Shown here: piece after piece, positions 1-7,575 of the stretch
How positions within the stretch are numbered: position 1 is the first letter of the stretch
Layout: each line of letters starts with the position of its first letter
From: an uncultured Lachnospiraceae bacterium
GTDB taxonomy: Bacteria > Bacillota > Clostridia > Lachnospirales > Lachnospiraceae
Length of the DNA: 20,963 nt
Direction of reading: 5' to 3'
NCBI GenBank assembly: GCA_947623185.1
Contig: CANQGL010000041.1
Location: forward strand, 1-20,963
Notes under the pieces: generated by a model
Told to the model about the DNA's origin: nothing
The model's input: only the letters and a program-made list of their open reading frames with translations
Database searches by the model: none
Program-made: the position numbers and the translations under genes

Positions 1-602
1 TTGCCCCCATTGAGGGCATACTTACAAAACCAAGCCCGAAAAATAGTAATAGCCTGCTGAAGTAAATTATTGTTTATCACATTGTTGAATTGAATTTTAT
101 TTTCCAAATTATCCATGAAATTAGCTATTTTCTTTTGTTTGAGTAAATCTGGAAAATTAACCTCTACCTCACATATACGATTTGGAGATGTGTGATGAAC
201 TGTAGTGCCAGATGAGCTTCCTGCAATCGTTCGCTGATAGCTCTGTGTTCTCATGTACCAGTACAAGAAATGTTTATCCAAATCTGTTCTATGAATGGTA
301 ACTAGTCCTATTCGTTGGTTGTGCAAATAAACTCTGTTAGACTTAGGGACTAAAGCGCTGTAACCTAATGTATCCATCTCTTTGCTTAAATCTGTCATAG
401 TAACAATGAGATCATCAGGTGACAAAACGTATTCTTCAGAATACTGTCCAGTAAAAAATTTGCATTTTTCTTCCTTGAATCCCCCGCCGATCGCAAAATT
501 TCCAGGGGTAACAAGGACTACGCCATTATCCTTAGTTGTTATGCTATCTCCCGAAAAAGCGTAACCGTGTTTGATTGAAATGTAATCCCCCATTACAGTC
601 AT
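1..602 (-). CDS. hsdS: Type I restriction-modification specificity subunit HsdS (5' part; runs off the window start)
   Basis: I translated the minus strand by hand from the ATG at 602-600. It stays open to position 1: MTVMGDYISIKHGYAFSGDS...NQRIGLV...YWYMRTQSYQRTIAGSSSGTTVHHTSPNRI...FPDLLKQKKIANFMDNLENKIQ. This is a typical HsdS target-recognition domain followed by the central conserved helix. The start overlaps the hsdM stop in an ATGA arrangement, which suggests translational coupling. It is absent from the ORF track because it is truncated by the window edge. Confidence 0.85.
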   Translation of the reverse strand, partial: MTVMGDYISIKHGYAFSGDSITTKDNGVVLVTPGNFAIGGGFKEEKCKFFTGQYSEEYVLSPDDLIVTMTDLSKEMDTLGYSALVPKSNRVYLHNQRIGLVTIHRTDLDKHFLYWYMRTQSYQRTIAGSSSGTTVHHTSPNRICEVEVNFPDLLKQKKIANFMDNLENKIQFNNVINNNLLQQAITIFRAWFCKYALNGG

Positions 603-2119
603 TTTTTCACCACCTTAATTTCATACCCTATCGCCCCCAGCTTCTTTCGGATTTCGTCCTCCAATTCGTGGGACCTTGCGAACATCTCGGACAATTCAGC
701 GGTCAAGCGTGTCATTTTTTCCTCGAACGGCTCGCCATCGTCCTCCTGTTCCTCAATGCCCACATACCTGCCCGGTGTCAGAATAAAATCCTGCTTTTCA
801 ATTTCTGCAAGGTCAGCGATAGCACAAAAGCCTTTGATTTCTTCCAACGTTCCATTTTGGAACTGCTCAAAAGTGTCTGCAAGCTTCTGTATATCTTCAT
901 CGGTGAAATCCCTGTGTTTGCGGTCTACCATATGACCCATTTTGCGGGCGTCGATAAAGAGTGTTTTTCCTTTCTGCTTTTTGTTCTTTGAGATAAACCA
1001 AAGGGTAACGGGAATGGTCACACTATAAAACAGCTGCGTGGGCAAAGCAACAATGCCTTCTACAAGGTCAGCCTGAATGATATTTTTACGGATTTCACCT
1101 TCGCCGCTACTCTGCGAGGAAAGAGCTCCGTTTGCGAGTACCAAACCGATCTTGCCGTTTGGGGCGAGGTGGTGGATCATATGCTGTATCCACGCATAGT
1201 TGGCATTTCCGGCAGGCGGGGTTCCGAATTTCCAGCGAACGTCATCTTTCAGTTTGTCACCGCCCCAGTTGGAGAGATTGAATGGCGGATTTGCCATTAT
1301 GAAATCAGCTTTCAGGGTGGGATGAAGGTCGTTGAAGAAGGTGTCCGCTTGATACGGGCCGAAATCGGCATCGATACCACGGATTGCCATATTCATCTTT
1401 GCCATTTTCCAAGTATCAGCGTTGCTTTCCTGCCCGTAAACTGATACTCCAAACCTATTTCCGGCGTGTTCACGGATAAACTTCACGGATTGCACGAACA
1501 TACCGCCCGAACCGCAGCAAGGGTCATAAACACGGCAGTTAGAAAACGGTTTCAGGATAGCGACTATTGTTTTAACAATGCTGGATGGCGTATAAAATTC
1601 GCCGCCCTTCACGCCTTCATAAGCCGCAAACTGAGCAATACAGTATTCGTAGGTTCTGCCGAGCAAATCCTTGCTTTCCTCGGTATCGCCCATATCCATA
1701 TTGGTAAAGAGGTCAACCACATCACCCAAAACACGCTTGTCCAAATCGGGGCTTGCGTAGTTCTTCGGCAGCACATTCTTTAAGCTCTTGTTTTCCGCTT
1801 CGATTGCTCGCATGGCATCGTCAATCACGGTGCCGATTTCGGGCGTATGAGCGGATGAAGCGATTTTATTCCATCGGGCGTTTTCGGGGACAAAAAAGAT
1901 GTTGTCCTCCAAATAGGCGTCTCTGTCGTCCTCAAAGCCGTCGCCTTCCTCCTTCAGTTCATTGTACCGCTTCTCAAATGCGCTGGATATGTAACGCAGA
2001 AAGATAAGACCTACAATAACTTTTCTGTATTCAGCTGCAGGGATATGCCCCCAAAGAACACAGGCTGCGTCCCAAATTTGTTTTTCAAAGCCGATGTTGG
2101 CGTTGTTTTTTTCAGCCAT
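599..2119 (-). CDS. hsdM: Type I restriction-modification DNA methyltransferase subunit HsdM (N6-adenine, gamma class)
   Basis: This is the 509-aa ORF in the track. It has AdoMet motif I (DPCCGSGGMF), catalytic motif IV (NPPF, in IMANPPFNLSNWGG) and an HsdM N-terminal domain (FEKQIWDAACVLWGHIPAAEYRKVIVGLIFLRYIS). The track start at 2128 is a GTG directly abutting the RBS. The ATG at 2119 (MAEKNN...) lies 8 nt after GGAGG and is preferred. Confidence 0.95.
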   Translation of the reverse strand: MAEKNNANIGFEKQIWDAACVLWGHIPAAEYRKVIVGLIFLRYISSAFEKRYNELKEEGDGFEDDRDAYLEDNIFFVPENARWNKIASSAHTPEIGTVIDDAMRAIEAENKSLKNVLPKNYASPDLDKRVLGDVVDLFTNMDMGDTEESKDLLGRTYEYCIAQFAAYEGVKGGEFYTPSSIVKTIVAILKPFSNCRVYDPCCGSGGMFVQSVKFIREHAGNRFGVSVYGQESNADTWKMAKMNMAIRGIDADFGPYQADTFFNDLHPTLKADFIMANPPFNLSNWGGDKLKDDVRWKFGTPPAGNANYAWIQHMIHHLAPNGKIGLVLANGALSSQSSGEGEIRKNIIQADLVEGIVALPTQLFYSVTIPVTLWFISKNKKQKGKTLFIDARKMGHMVDRKHRDFTDEDIQKLADTFEQFQNGTLEEIKGFCAIADLAEIEKQDFILTPGRYVGIEEQEDDGEPFEEKMTRLTAELSEMFARSHELEDEIRKKLGAIGYEIKVVKK

Positions 2120-2183
2120 GGTCAGCACCTCCGGTTATAGTTAAGCAATCATATCATAATGGTTTTAGTATCCAAAACCAAAC

Positions 2184-2396
2184 TTATTCTTTTCCTTCCG
2201 GCAGAACTTCCATAATGTCGTCCATCGTGCAGCCAAGGCAGTTGCATATCTTCACCAATACTTCCACCTGTACGGACTCATTTTTGCCAAGCTTTGCCAT
2301 AGCGTTCGATGAAATGCCCGCCTGTGAGCGCAGCTTCGTTTTATTTATGTTTTTATCAATCATCAGCTTCCATAATTTATTATATGAGATGGGCAT
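2184..2396 (-). CDS. Small XRE/Cro-C1-type helix-turn-helix DNA-binding protein (about 70 aa), possible controller of the downstream hsdMS genes
   Basis: The sequence MPISYNKLWKLMIDKNINKTKLRSQAGISSNAMAKLGKNESVQVEVLVKICNCLGCTMDDIMEVL is the typical short HTH of the Cro/C1 family. The start at 2396 is preceded by GGAGGAGAATTG. The longer track ORF (start 2435) has no RBS and would run through the leader inverted repeat. Confidence 0.85.
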   Translation of the reverse strand: MPISYNKLWKLMIDKNINKTKLRSQAGISSNAMAKLGKNESVQVEVLVKICNCLGCTMDDIMEVLPEGKE

Positions 2397-2447
2397 CAAT
2401 TCTCCTCCGTTCGGCAGTGCTGTAAAATGATACATAAAATCATTTTC

Positions 2448-2476
2448 ATCATACCGTAAAACCCTTGATTTTTCAA
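2448..2476 (-). promoter_or_regulatory. Sigma-70-type promoter for the HTH gene (and probably hsdM-hsdS)
   Basis: Read on the minus strand: TTGAAA (2476-2471), a 17-nt spacer, then TATGAT (2453-2448). It lies about 50 nt upstream of the HTH start codon. Confidence 0.45.
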
Positions 2477-2489
2477 CTTGATTGTCAAG
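2465..2489. promoter_or_regulatory. Two adjacent palindromes sharing the TTGA/TCAA half-site (candidate operators)
   Basis: Plus strand: TTGA-tttt-TCAA (2465-2476) is immediately followed by CTTGA-ttg-TCAAG (2477-2489). The first overlaps the predicted -35 and the second lies just upstream of it. A further 8-bp inverted repeat, AAAATGAT/ATCATTTT (2424-2446), sits in the leader. Confidence 0.4.
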
Positions 2490-2680
2490 ATTTCAAAAAA
2501 ATATTTCACTTTTCAACCAAGATATAGAGAGCAGAATTATTCCCCTTCGCATTTCCGGTGCAAATGAATTTTTATGTCTATTTTGGAGCGGAAGTGTTAG
2601 TTGCCTATGACCAAGGAAGAATACGCCGACTTCACTAAACGGCTTGTCGCTGTCGGGAAGCCGACCGCCAAATGCGGAAA

Positions 2681-2711
2681 GGCCGGGTACTGAATCCAAT
2701 CAGTCCCGGCC
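2681..2711 (-). terminator. Hairpin downstream of the radical SAM gene; probable terminator of the ddh-MATE-radical SAM unit
   Basis: GGCCGGG(T)ACTGA - atccaa - TCAGTCCCGGCC forms 7+5 bp with one bulge. On the minus-strand transcript it is followed by UUUCCGCAUUU, a weak U tract. It also marks the GC-content transition into the AT-rich island. Confidence 0.4.
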
Positions 2712-2736
2712 TTAAAAATATTTCTATGATTCCGCC

Positions 2737-3609
2737 TCAGATATGCCTTCTCCACTCCTCCATGCGGTACCGCTTCGCGGCTTTTACGGCTTCCAGCCGC
2801 TTGAGCATCGCAGGAATGTCGTCGTTCAGCGTTCCGGCGAGGACCACATAGTTTGACGCGTGGTTGGTGCGGAATACCGTTCCCGGCGAATCGACGTGCC
2901 CCAGGAACAGTTCCATCTCCTCGACGATCTCGTCCGGCGTGATGAGTTCCATCTCGCCGCGGCGCACCTCCTCGTTCATCTGCGTCCCCTCGTAGAGCCG
3001 CAGCGTCAGAAACGAAGCGTACTCCGGGTTCATGCCGCTTATCAGCTCCGCAGACCGAAGGGCGTGTTCGCGGATCCCTTTCCGTCCGCCAAGTCCGGAT
3101 ATCAGCGTCACCGATGTTTTCAGCCCGCAGCGCTTCAGTTTCCGTCCGGCTTCGACGATCTCCGCCGCCGTCACTTCCTTGTTGATATGTTCCAGAACGC
3201 GGTCGTCGCCCGATTCCGCGCCCAGATAGATCAGTTCGAGTCCAGCCTGCGCCAGCGCACGCAGTTCATCCTCGGATTTTCTCAGAACGTCCTTTGCCGT
3301 CCCGTATGAGGATATCCGCTCGGCAAAGGGGAAGTTCTCGTGCGTATACGCGAGCAGCTCCAGAAGCGTCTCCGTTTTTACGACCAGCGCGTCCCCGTCC
3401 GCAAAGAACACGCGGCGGACCATCGGGCCGTACATCGCCCGCGCCTCGTCGAGGTCGCGCATGATCTCTTCCTTTGTCCGCACGCGGAACTTCTTTTCGC
3501 GGTACATATTGCAGAACGTGCACCGGTTGTGCGCGCATCCGATCGTGACCTGAATGATCAGGCTGTACGCCTCGCTCGGCGGGCGGTAAAGCGTCCCTTC
3601 ATATTCCAT
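2737..3609 (-). CDS. Radical SAM family protein (290 aa), function unknown
   Basis: YRPPSEAYSLIIQVTIGCAHNRCTFCNMY carries the cluster-binding Cys triad followed by an aromatic residue. A GGD-like FFADGDAL segment and the TIM-barrel-style pattern are typical of radical SAM enzymes. The ATG is preceded by GGGAGA. Confidence 0.85.
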   Translation of the reverse strand: MEYEGTLYRPPSEAYSLIIQVTIGCAHNRCTFCNMYREKKFRVRTKEEIMRDLDEARAMYGPMVRRVFFADGDALVVKTETLLELLAYTHENFPFAERISSYGTAKDVLRKSEDELRALAQAGLELIYLGAESGDDRVLEHINKEVTAAEIVEAGRKLKRCGLKTSVTLISGLGGRKGIREHALRSAELISGMNPEYASFLTLRLYEGTQMNEEVRRGEMELITPDEIVEEMELFLGHVDSPGTVFRTNHASNYVVLAGTLNDDIPAMLKRLEAVKAAKRYRMEEWRRHI

Positions 3610-3622
3610 ATCCGTTCTCCCG

Positions 3623-5059
3623 TCAGAATGTTCCCATGCCGGTGATCCCCAGTTTCTTGATCTTGCGCATACCGCTGAACCGGTAATAGTAGATCACAAA
3701 CATGACCGAGGTGACCGACCATGTAATCGGATAGCTGGAAAGGATCGTGTAAAAGCCCGGATGGATCACTCCGGCCGTAAAGATCCAGACGATCCTTAAC
3801 AGGCAGGTCCCGAAGCAGATGATCATCATCGGGGCAAACGCGTCGCCGATGCCGCGCAGTACGCAGGGGAATACGCCTGCCATGACATAGGTGAGCCAGA
3901 ACGGGACCAGGAAATGGATGATGTTCACGCTCTCGGAAAGGACCGCCTCGTCGCTTGTGAACAGCAGTCCCAGGAGCGGCCCGAAGTTCATCATCAGAAC
4001 GCCGAGCCCGGCCGTGATGGCCGCGGTCAGGCCGATACCCACATAGGTGCCCCGAAGCAGCCGGTCCGTCTTTCCCGCTCCGAAATTCTGTCCGGAGAAC
4101 GTCGTGATCGAGATACCCATCGCATCCAAGGTCATCCAGAACAGGCCGTCGATCTTTCCGTACACCGCCCACGCGGCGATCGTGTTCGTTCCGAATCCGT
4201 TGATGTTGGTCTGGATCAGGACGTTGGAGATCGCGTACATCGTGGACTGCAGACCGGCCGGAAGGCCGATGTGGATGATTCGGCGCAGGAAACGGCTGTC
4301 GCAGCGCAGGGCCTTGAGCTCGAACCGGTATGCTTCCTTCGAGCGGGTCAGCGTTATCATGACCAGCATGGCCGAAAGGAGCTGGGACAGGATCGTGGCG
4401 ACCGCCACGCCCATGACCTCAAGTTTCAGGCCGACGACAAACGCCAAATCGAGCGCGATGTTCGTCAGGCAGCTCGCGATCAGGAAGTAGAGCGGCCGTC
4501 TGGAATCGCCCACCGCGCGCAGGATCGACGCACCCATGTTGTAGAGCAGGTTCGGGATCACGCCCATAAAGTAGATCCGCAGGTAAGTGACCGCGTACCC
4601 GACGATCTCATCCGGCACGCCCATCATGCGGATCGCCCACGGGGAAAGGATCTCCCCGATGATCATCAGCGCAACTCCCCCGCCCAGCGCCAGGCAGAAC
4701 GCGGTATGGACCGCCGTCCGCACATTGTCGTCGCGGCGCGCGCCGAAATACTGGGAGACGACGACTCCCGCTCCGGAAGAAAGACCGACGAAAAAGCCGA
4801 CCAGGAGGTTGATCAGTGTCCCCGTCGTTCCCCCGACGGCTGACAGCGCCTCCTTGCCGACAAATTTTCCGACGATCATCGCGTCCGCAGTATTATAAAG
4901 CTGCTGAAAAAATGTCCCGAACAGGATCGGGAAGAAGAACAGCAGCATCTGCTGCCAGATAACTCCTTCCGTGATCCCATTGTATTTCTGTACTCCGCCG
5001 GTCCTCTGGTCTGCGGGACTCTTCTTCAGACCGGCCTTTTTTTGCCATGCAGCGACCAT
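3623..5059 (-). CDS. MATE family efflux transporter
   Basis: The 478-aa protein is polytopic and hydrophobic, with a typical MATE N-terminus (IWQQMLLFFFPILFGTFFQQLYNTADAMIVGKFVGKEALSAVGG). Repeated 6+6 TM organisation is apparent. The RBS is AAGGGA. Confidence 0.9.
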   Translation of the reverse strand: MVAAWQKKAGLKKSPADQRTGGVQKYNGITEGVIWQQMLLFFFPILFGTFFQQLYNTADAMIVGKFVGKEALSAVGGTTGTLINLLVGFFVGLSSGAGVVVSQYFGARRDDNVRTAVHTAFCLALGGGVALMIIGEILSPWAIRMMGVPDEIVGYAVTYLRIYFMGVIPNLLYNMGASILRAVGDSRRPLYFLIASCLTNIALDLAFVVGLKLEVMGVAVATILSQLLSAMLVMITLTRSKEAYRFELKALRCDSRFLRRIIHIGLPAGLQSTMYAISNVLIQTNINGFGTNTIAAWAVYGKIDGLFWMTLDAMGISITTFSGQNFGAGKTDRLLRGTYVGIGLTAAITAGLGVLMMNFGPLLGLLFTSDEAVLSESVNIIHFLVPFWLTYVMAGVFPCVLRGIGDAFAPMMIICFGTCLLRIVWIFTAGVIHPGFYTILSSYPITWSVTSVMFVIYYYRFSGMRKIKKLGITGMGTF

Positions 5060-5086
5060 AAATGATCCCTTTCGGGAAAAACCTCC

Positions 5087-6073
5087 TTACAGCAATTCCT
5101 TCCGGAGCTGCTCTCCGCTTTTGGCGGAAAGATATGCAGGCGGAATGTCGAGAATCGTCTTGCAGCCGCTTACGCCCTCCTGTTTCATGCGGTATGCGGC
5201 GCGTGCACACGCCACGATGACCGAGGTGGTGAACTCCGGATTGGAGTCGAGCTTTAAGCTGTACTCGATCACATGATTATGTTCCAGGTTCCAGCCGGTC
5301 TTTCCGTTCCGGATCACAAACCCGCCGTGCGGAAGCCCCGCGTGATCGCGTTTCAGCTCTTCCTCGGTGATGAAGTGCACCGTGGTATCGTATTCGTCAA
5401 AATAGTTCGGCATGGTAACGATCTCATGCTCGATCCTTGCTTTGTCTGCGCCTTCTTCGGCCACCACAAAGCACTCTCTCGTATGTTTCTCGCGCGTCGT
5501 GAGCTTCGGCGTCTTTCCGGCGCGGATCTGCTCGAGCGCGCTGTCGACCGGGATCGTATACTGTCTTGCGTCTTTGACCCCTTTGATGCGGCGGATCGCG
5601 TCGGAGTGTCCCTGGCTCACGCCCTTGCCCCAGAACGTGTAATCGGTCCCGTTCGGAAGAACGGCGTTCGCATACGCGCGGTTTAGGGAGAACATGCCCG
5701 GATCCCAGCCTGCCGAGATCACGGCGATCTTTCCGGCCTCCTTCGCCGCCTTATCGACGTTCGCGAAGTGCTCCGGGATCTTTGCGTGCGTGTCAAAGCT
5801 GTCGACCACGTTGAAGTATTTCGCGTATTCCGGCGTCTGCACCGGCAGATCGGTCGCGCTGCCGCCGCAGAGGATCAGAACGTCGATCCGATCCGTCATA
5901 TTTTTCGCCTCATCGGCCCGGTACACCGGAACTCCTTCGGTTAGGATCTTCACGCTCTTCGGGTCGCGTCTCGTGAACACCGCGGCGAGCTCCATATCCG
6001 GATTCTGTTTGACGGCGCACTCCACGCCGCGTCCCAGGTTTCCGTATCCCATGATTCCAATCCTGATCGTCAT
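5087..6073 (-). CDS. ddh: meso-Diaminopimelate D-dehydrogenase
   Basis: MTIRIGIMGYGNLGRGVE...GSATD...AGWDPGMFSLNR...FWGKGVSQGHSDAIRRI...HTRECFVV...GLPHGGFVI...LKLDSNPEFT aligns by eye along its whole length with Corynebacterium-type Ddh. The start at 6073 is preceded by AGGAGAG. The longer track ORF (to 6211) would run through the promoter and is rejected. Confidence 0.93.
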   Translation of the reverse strand: MTIRIGIMGYGNLGRGVECAVKQNPDMELAAVFTRRDPKSVKILTEGVPVYRADEAKNMTDRIDVLILCGGSATDLPVQTPEYAKYFNVVDSFDTHAKIPEHFANVDKAAKEAGKIAVISAGWDPGMFSLNRAYANAVLPNGTDYTFWGKGVSQGHSDAIRRIKGVKDARQYTIPVDSALEQIRAGKTPKLTTREKHTRECFVVAEEGADKARIEHEIVTMPNYFDEYDTTVHFITEEELKRDHAGLPHGGFVIRNGKTGWNLEHNHVIEYSLKLDSNPEFTTSVIVACARAAYRMKQEGVSGCKTILDIPPAYLSAKSGEQLRKELL

Positions 6074-6182
6074 TTCCCCATCTCTCCTGTCTTTATTTCC
6101 GCGGTCGATGATCCGGCTGCCCTTTTCCCGCGCGGATCCCCGGCAGACGCCGCGGAATGTCTGATCTGCCGTAAGCAGGTAT

Positions 6183-6211
6183 ATTCTATCAGCAGGACTT
6201 TCCGATGTCAA
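6183..6211 (-). promoter_or_regulatory. Strong sigma-70-type promoter upstream of ddh
   Basis: Read on the minus strand: TTGACA (6211-6206), a 17-nt spacer, then TAGAAT (6188-6183) with a TG at the extended -10 position (TGATAGAAT). It predicts a leader of about 105-110 nt before ddh. Confidence 0.6.
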
Positions 6212-6319
6212 CCATAATTTTTCTTATCCTGCTCCGGGGGATTTTCGCGCCTGTTCCCGGCCGATTTTACCGGTCTTTATGCGGTTTCCGATCCCTCCGG
6301 TCTCAACTCCCGGCGCGCC

Positions 6320-7489
6320 TTAGTTCAGATACTTCGCCAGTTCATAGACACGCTCCCTTGTCATCTCGGCCGCGCGTGTGTTTATAGCCAGGGACTGCAT
6401 GGTCCCACCGTCTTCCCCGGCCTTCTTCGCACTCTGTTCCTTTTCCGTGATCCATGCGCGCTCCTCGGCCGTGAGCGCCTCCATGGTCTCCGGATCGAGC
6501 TTCTCCTTTAACATTGCCCAGACCGTATTCAGGGTATTATCCCATTCGGTATAGATCTGCATGGAGATCTCGTTCATATCGGCCTGCGTATGCGCGGCCT
6601 GCAGTTGGCCTTCCAGCACGCCGGTGTATTCCTCTGTCGCGGCGATCTCTTCCGCCGCCTGCTCCGGCATACTCAGCGACGAATAATCGCTGCTGGAGAA
6701 TCCCTCCTGCTCAGTCACGTTGTAGAGTCCGTAAAACGGCAGTTTTGTCTCCGCCGCCGTATCCAGATTGTAGTATCCGACCCATCCGCGATACTCCTCC
6801 GGCAGGTCGGCAAGCTCGGAACCGGGCAGATAGAAAAGCAGTTCCTCCGCTCCGTCGAGGCCGTACGCCGTGGCGTAATAATAATGGACTCCGTCTATGA
6901 TCTCATCCCCGTCGCCGAGGGGATATTCGATGGATTCGATCGTCGTCCGATAGGTCAGATCGTCGATTTTTTCAAGCTCCGCGAATTTCCCGGAGAATTC
7001 GCTGTAATAAACGGTCCCGTCCGGGTAGCCTTCCCCGACGTCACCCATGTCGCTGTCCTGGAAATATCCGCTGAACGTCCCGTCCTCGTTGATATAGAGG
7101 GAGGTGTGCCAGGCGCCCGCGCCGCTGCTGAAATAAAACTCCCAGTTTTTAAGATCCGCGTAGGTGAACCCTGCGCCGTCGGGAAGTTCGGCTTCATCCG
7201 GCTGCGCATCGCCTTCCGCCTCCGGGGACGCTCCCGGCTCCTGTCCGGCCGCGGATCCCGGTTGCGCCGCGTTTTCAGGCTGTTCCGCGCTTTCCGGCTC
7301 TGCCGCGGGGCCTGCCGGTTCGATCGTTATCGTACCGGATCTCCCGGCGGTATCTTCCTGTTCCGTTCCCGCTGTGGCAGGTCCCGCCGTCTCGCCGCCG
7401 CTCTTTTTTCCGCATCCGGCCAGCAGAGACGCCGCGATCAGGATCATAACCGCTCCGGCACAGATCCGTTCCAAAGTTCTCTTTTTCAT
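6320..7489 (-). CDS. Lipoprotein with a low-complexity Pro/Glu/Ala linker and a C-terminal DUF1311 (LprI-like) domain
   Basis: It has a signal peptide plus lipobox (MKKRTLERICAGAVMILIAASLLAGC). The acidic PAAEPESAEQPENAAQPGSAAGQEPGASPEAEGD linker follows. The C-terminus (LNTVWAMLKEKLDPETMEALTAEERAWITEKE...RERVYELAKYL) resembles DUF1311. The start at 7489 follows GAAGGAGG. Confidence 0.75.
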   Translation of the reverse strand: MKKRTLERICAGAVMILIAASLLAGCGKKSGGETAGPATAGTEQEDTAGRSGTITIEPAGPAAEPESAEQPENAAQPGSAAGQEPGASPEAEGDAQPDEAELPDGAGFTYADLKNWEFYFSSGAGAWHTSLYINEDGTFSGYFQDSDMGDVGEGYPDGTVYYSEFSGKFAELEKIDDLTYRTTIESIEYPLGDGDEIIDGVHYYYATAYGLDGAEELLFYLPGSELADLPEEYRGWVGYYNLDTAAETKLPFYGLYNVTEQEGFSSSDYSSLSMPEQAAEEIAATEEYTGVLEGQLQAAHTQADMNEISMQIYTEWDNTLNTVWAMLKEKLDPETMEALTAEERAWITEKEQSAKKAGEDGGTMQSLAINTRAAEMTRERVYELAKYLN

Positions 7490-7575
7490 AGCGCTGCCTC
7501 CTTCTATCATTCAAACCGTCGTATCTTCGTTCCGCTTTCCGGGCACCTCACTGCCCGCGGGTTTCCTCCGGTCAT

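Noticed and set aside
204-209. GTGCCA (a TGGCAC on the minus strand) inside hsdS, and another at about 7106-7111. These could be extra sigma-54 -24 elements.
   Set aside because: Neither has a TTGC element at the required N5 spacing, and both lie inside coding sequence. They are chance hexamer matches.
2607-2693. A 28-codon plus-strand ORF (MTKEEYADFTKRLVAVGKPTAKCGKAGY) at the island/core junction, and the 68-aa minus-strand ORF 2493-2699.
   Set aside because: They have no RBS and no recognisable motif, and they overlap the terminator hairpin. One could be a remnant of a disrupted gene at the insertion junction, but the evidence is insufficient for a pseudogene call.
3914-4843. Long ORFs antisense to confident genes in the GC-rich part. 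Examples are 3914-4843 +, 6590-7579 +, 10585-11397 +, 13088-13798 +, 16373-17212 +, 17700-18416 + and 20208-20792 -.
   Set aside because: These are typical shadow ORFs of high-GC coding DNA. Their translations are Arg/Pro/Gly/Asp-rich low-complexity strings with no recognisable motifs. Each is fully contained within a gene on the opposite strand that has clear family signatures.
5087-6211. N-terminally extended versions of several track ORFs: ddh to 6211, rsmA to 8511, the lipoprotein to 7510, the HTH to 2435, Nfu to 19767, hsdM to 2128 and the crotonase to 13894.
   Set aside because: The extensions lack RBSs. Some start at GTG or TTG next to or inside the real RBS, or would cover the predicted promoters. 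Internal ATGs with good Shine-Dalgarno spacing give proteins that start where the family normally starts.
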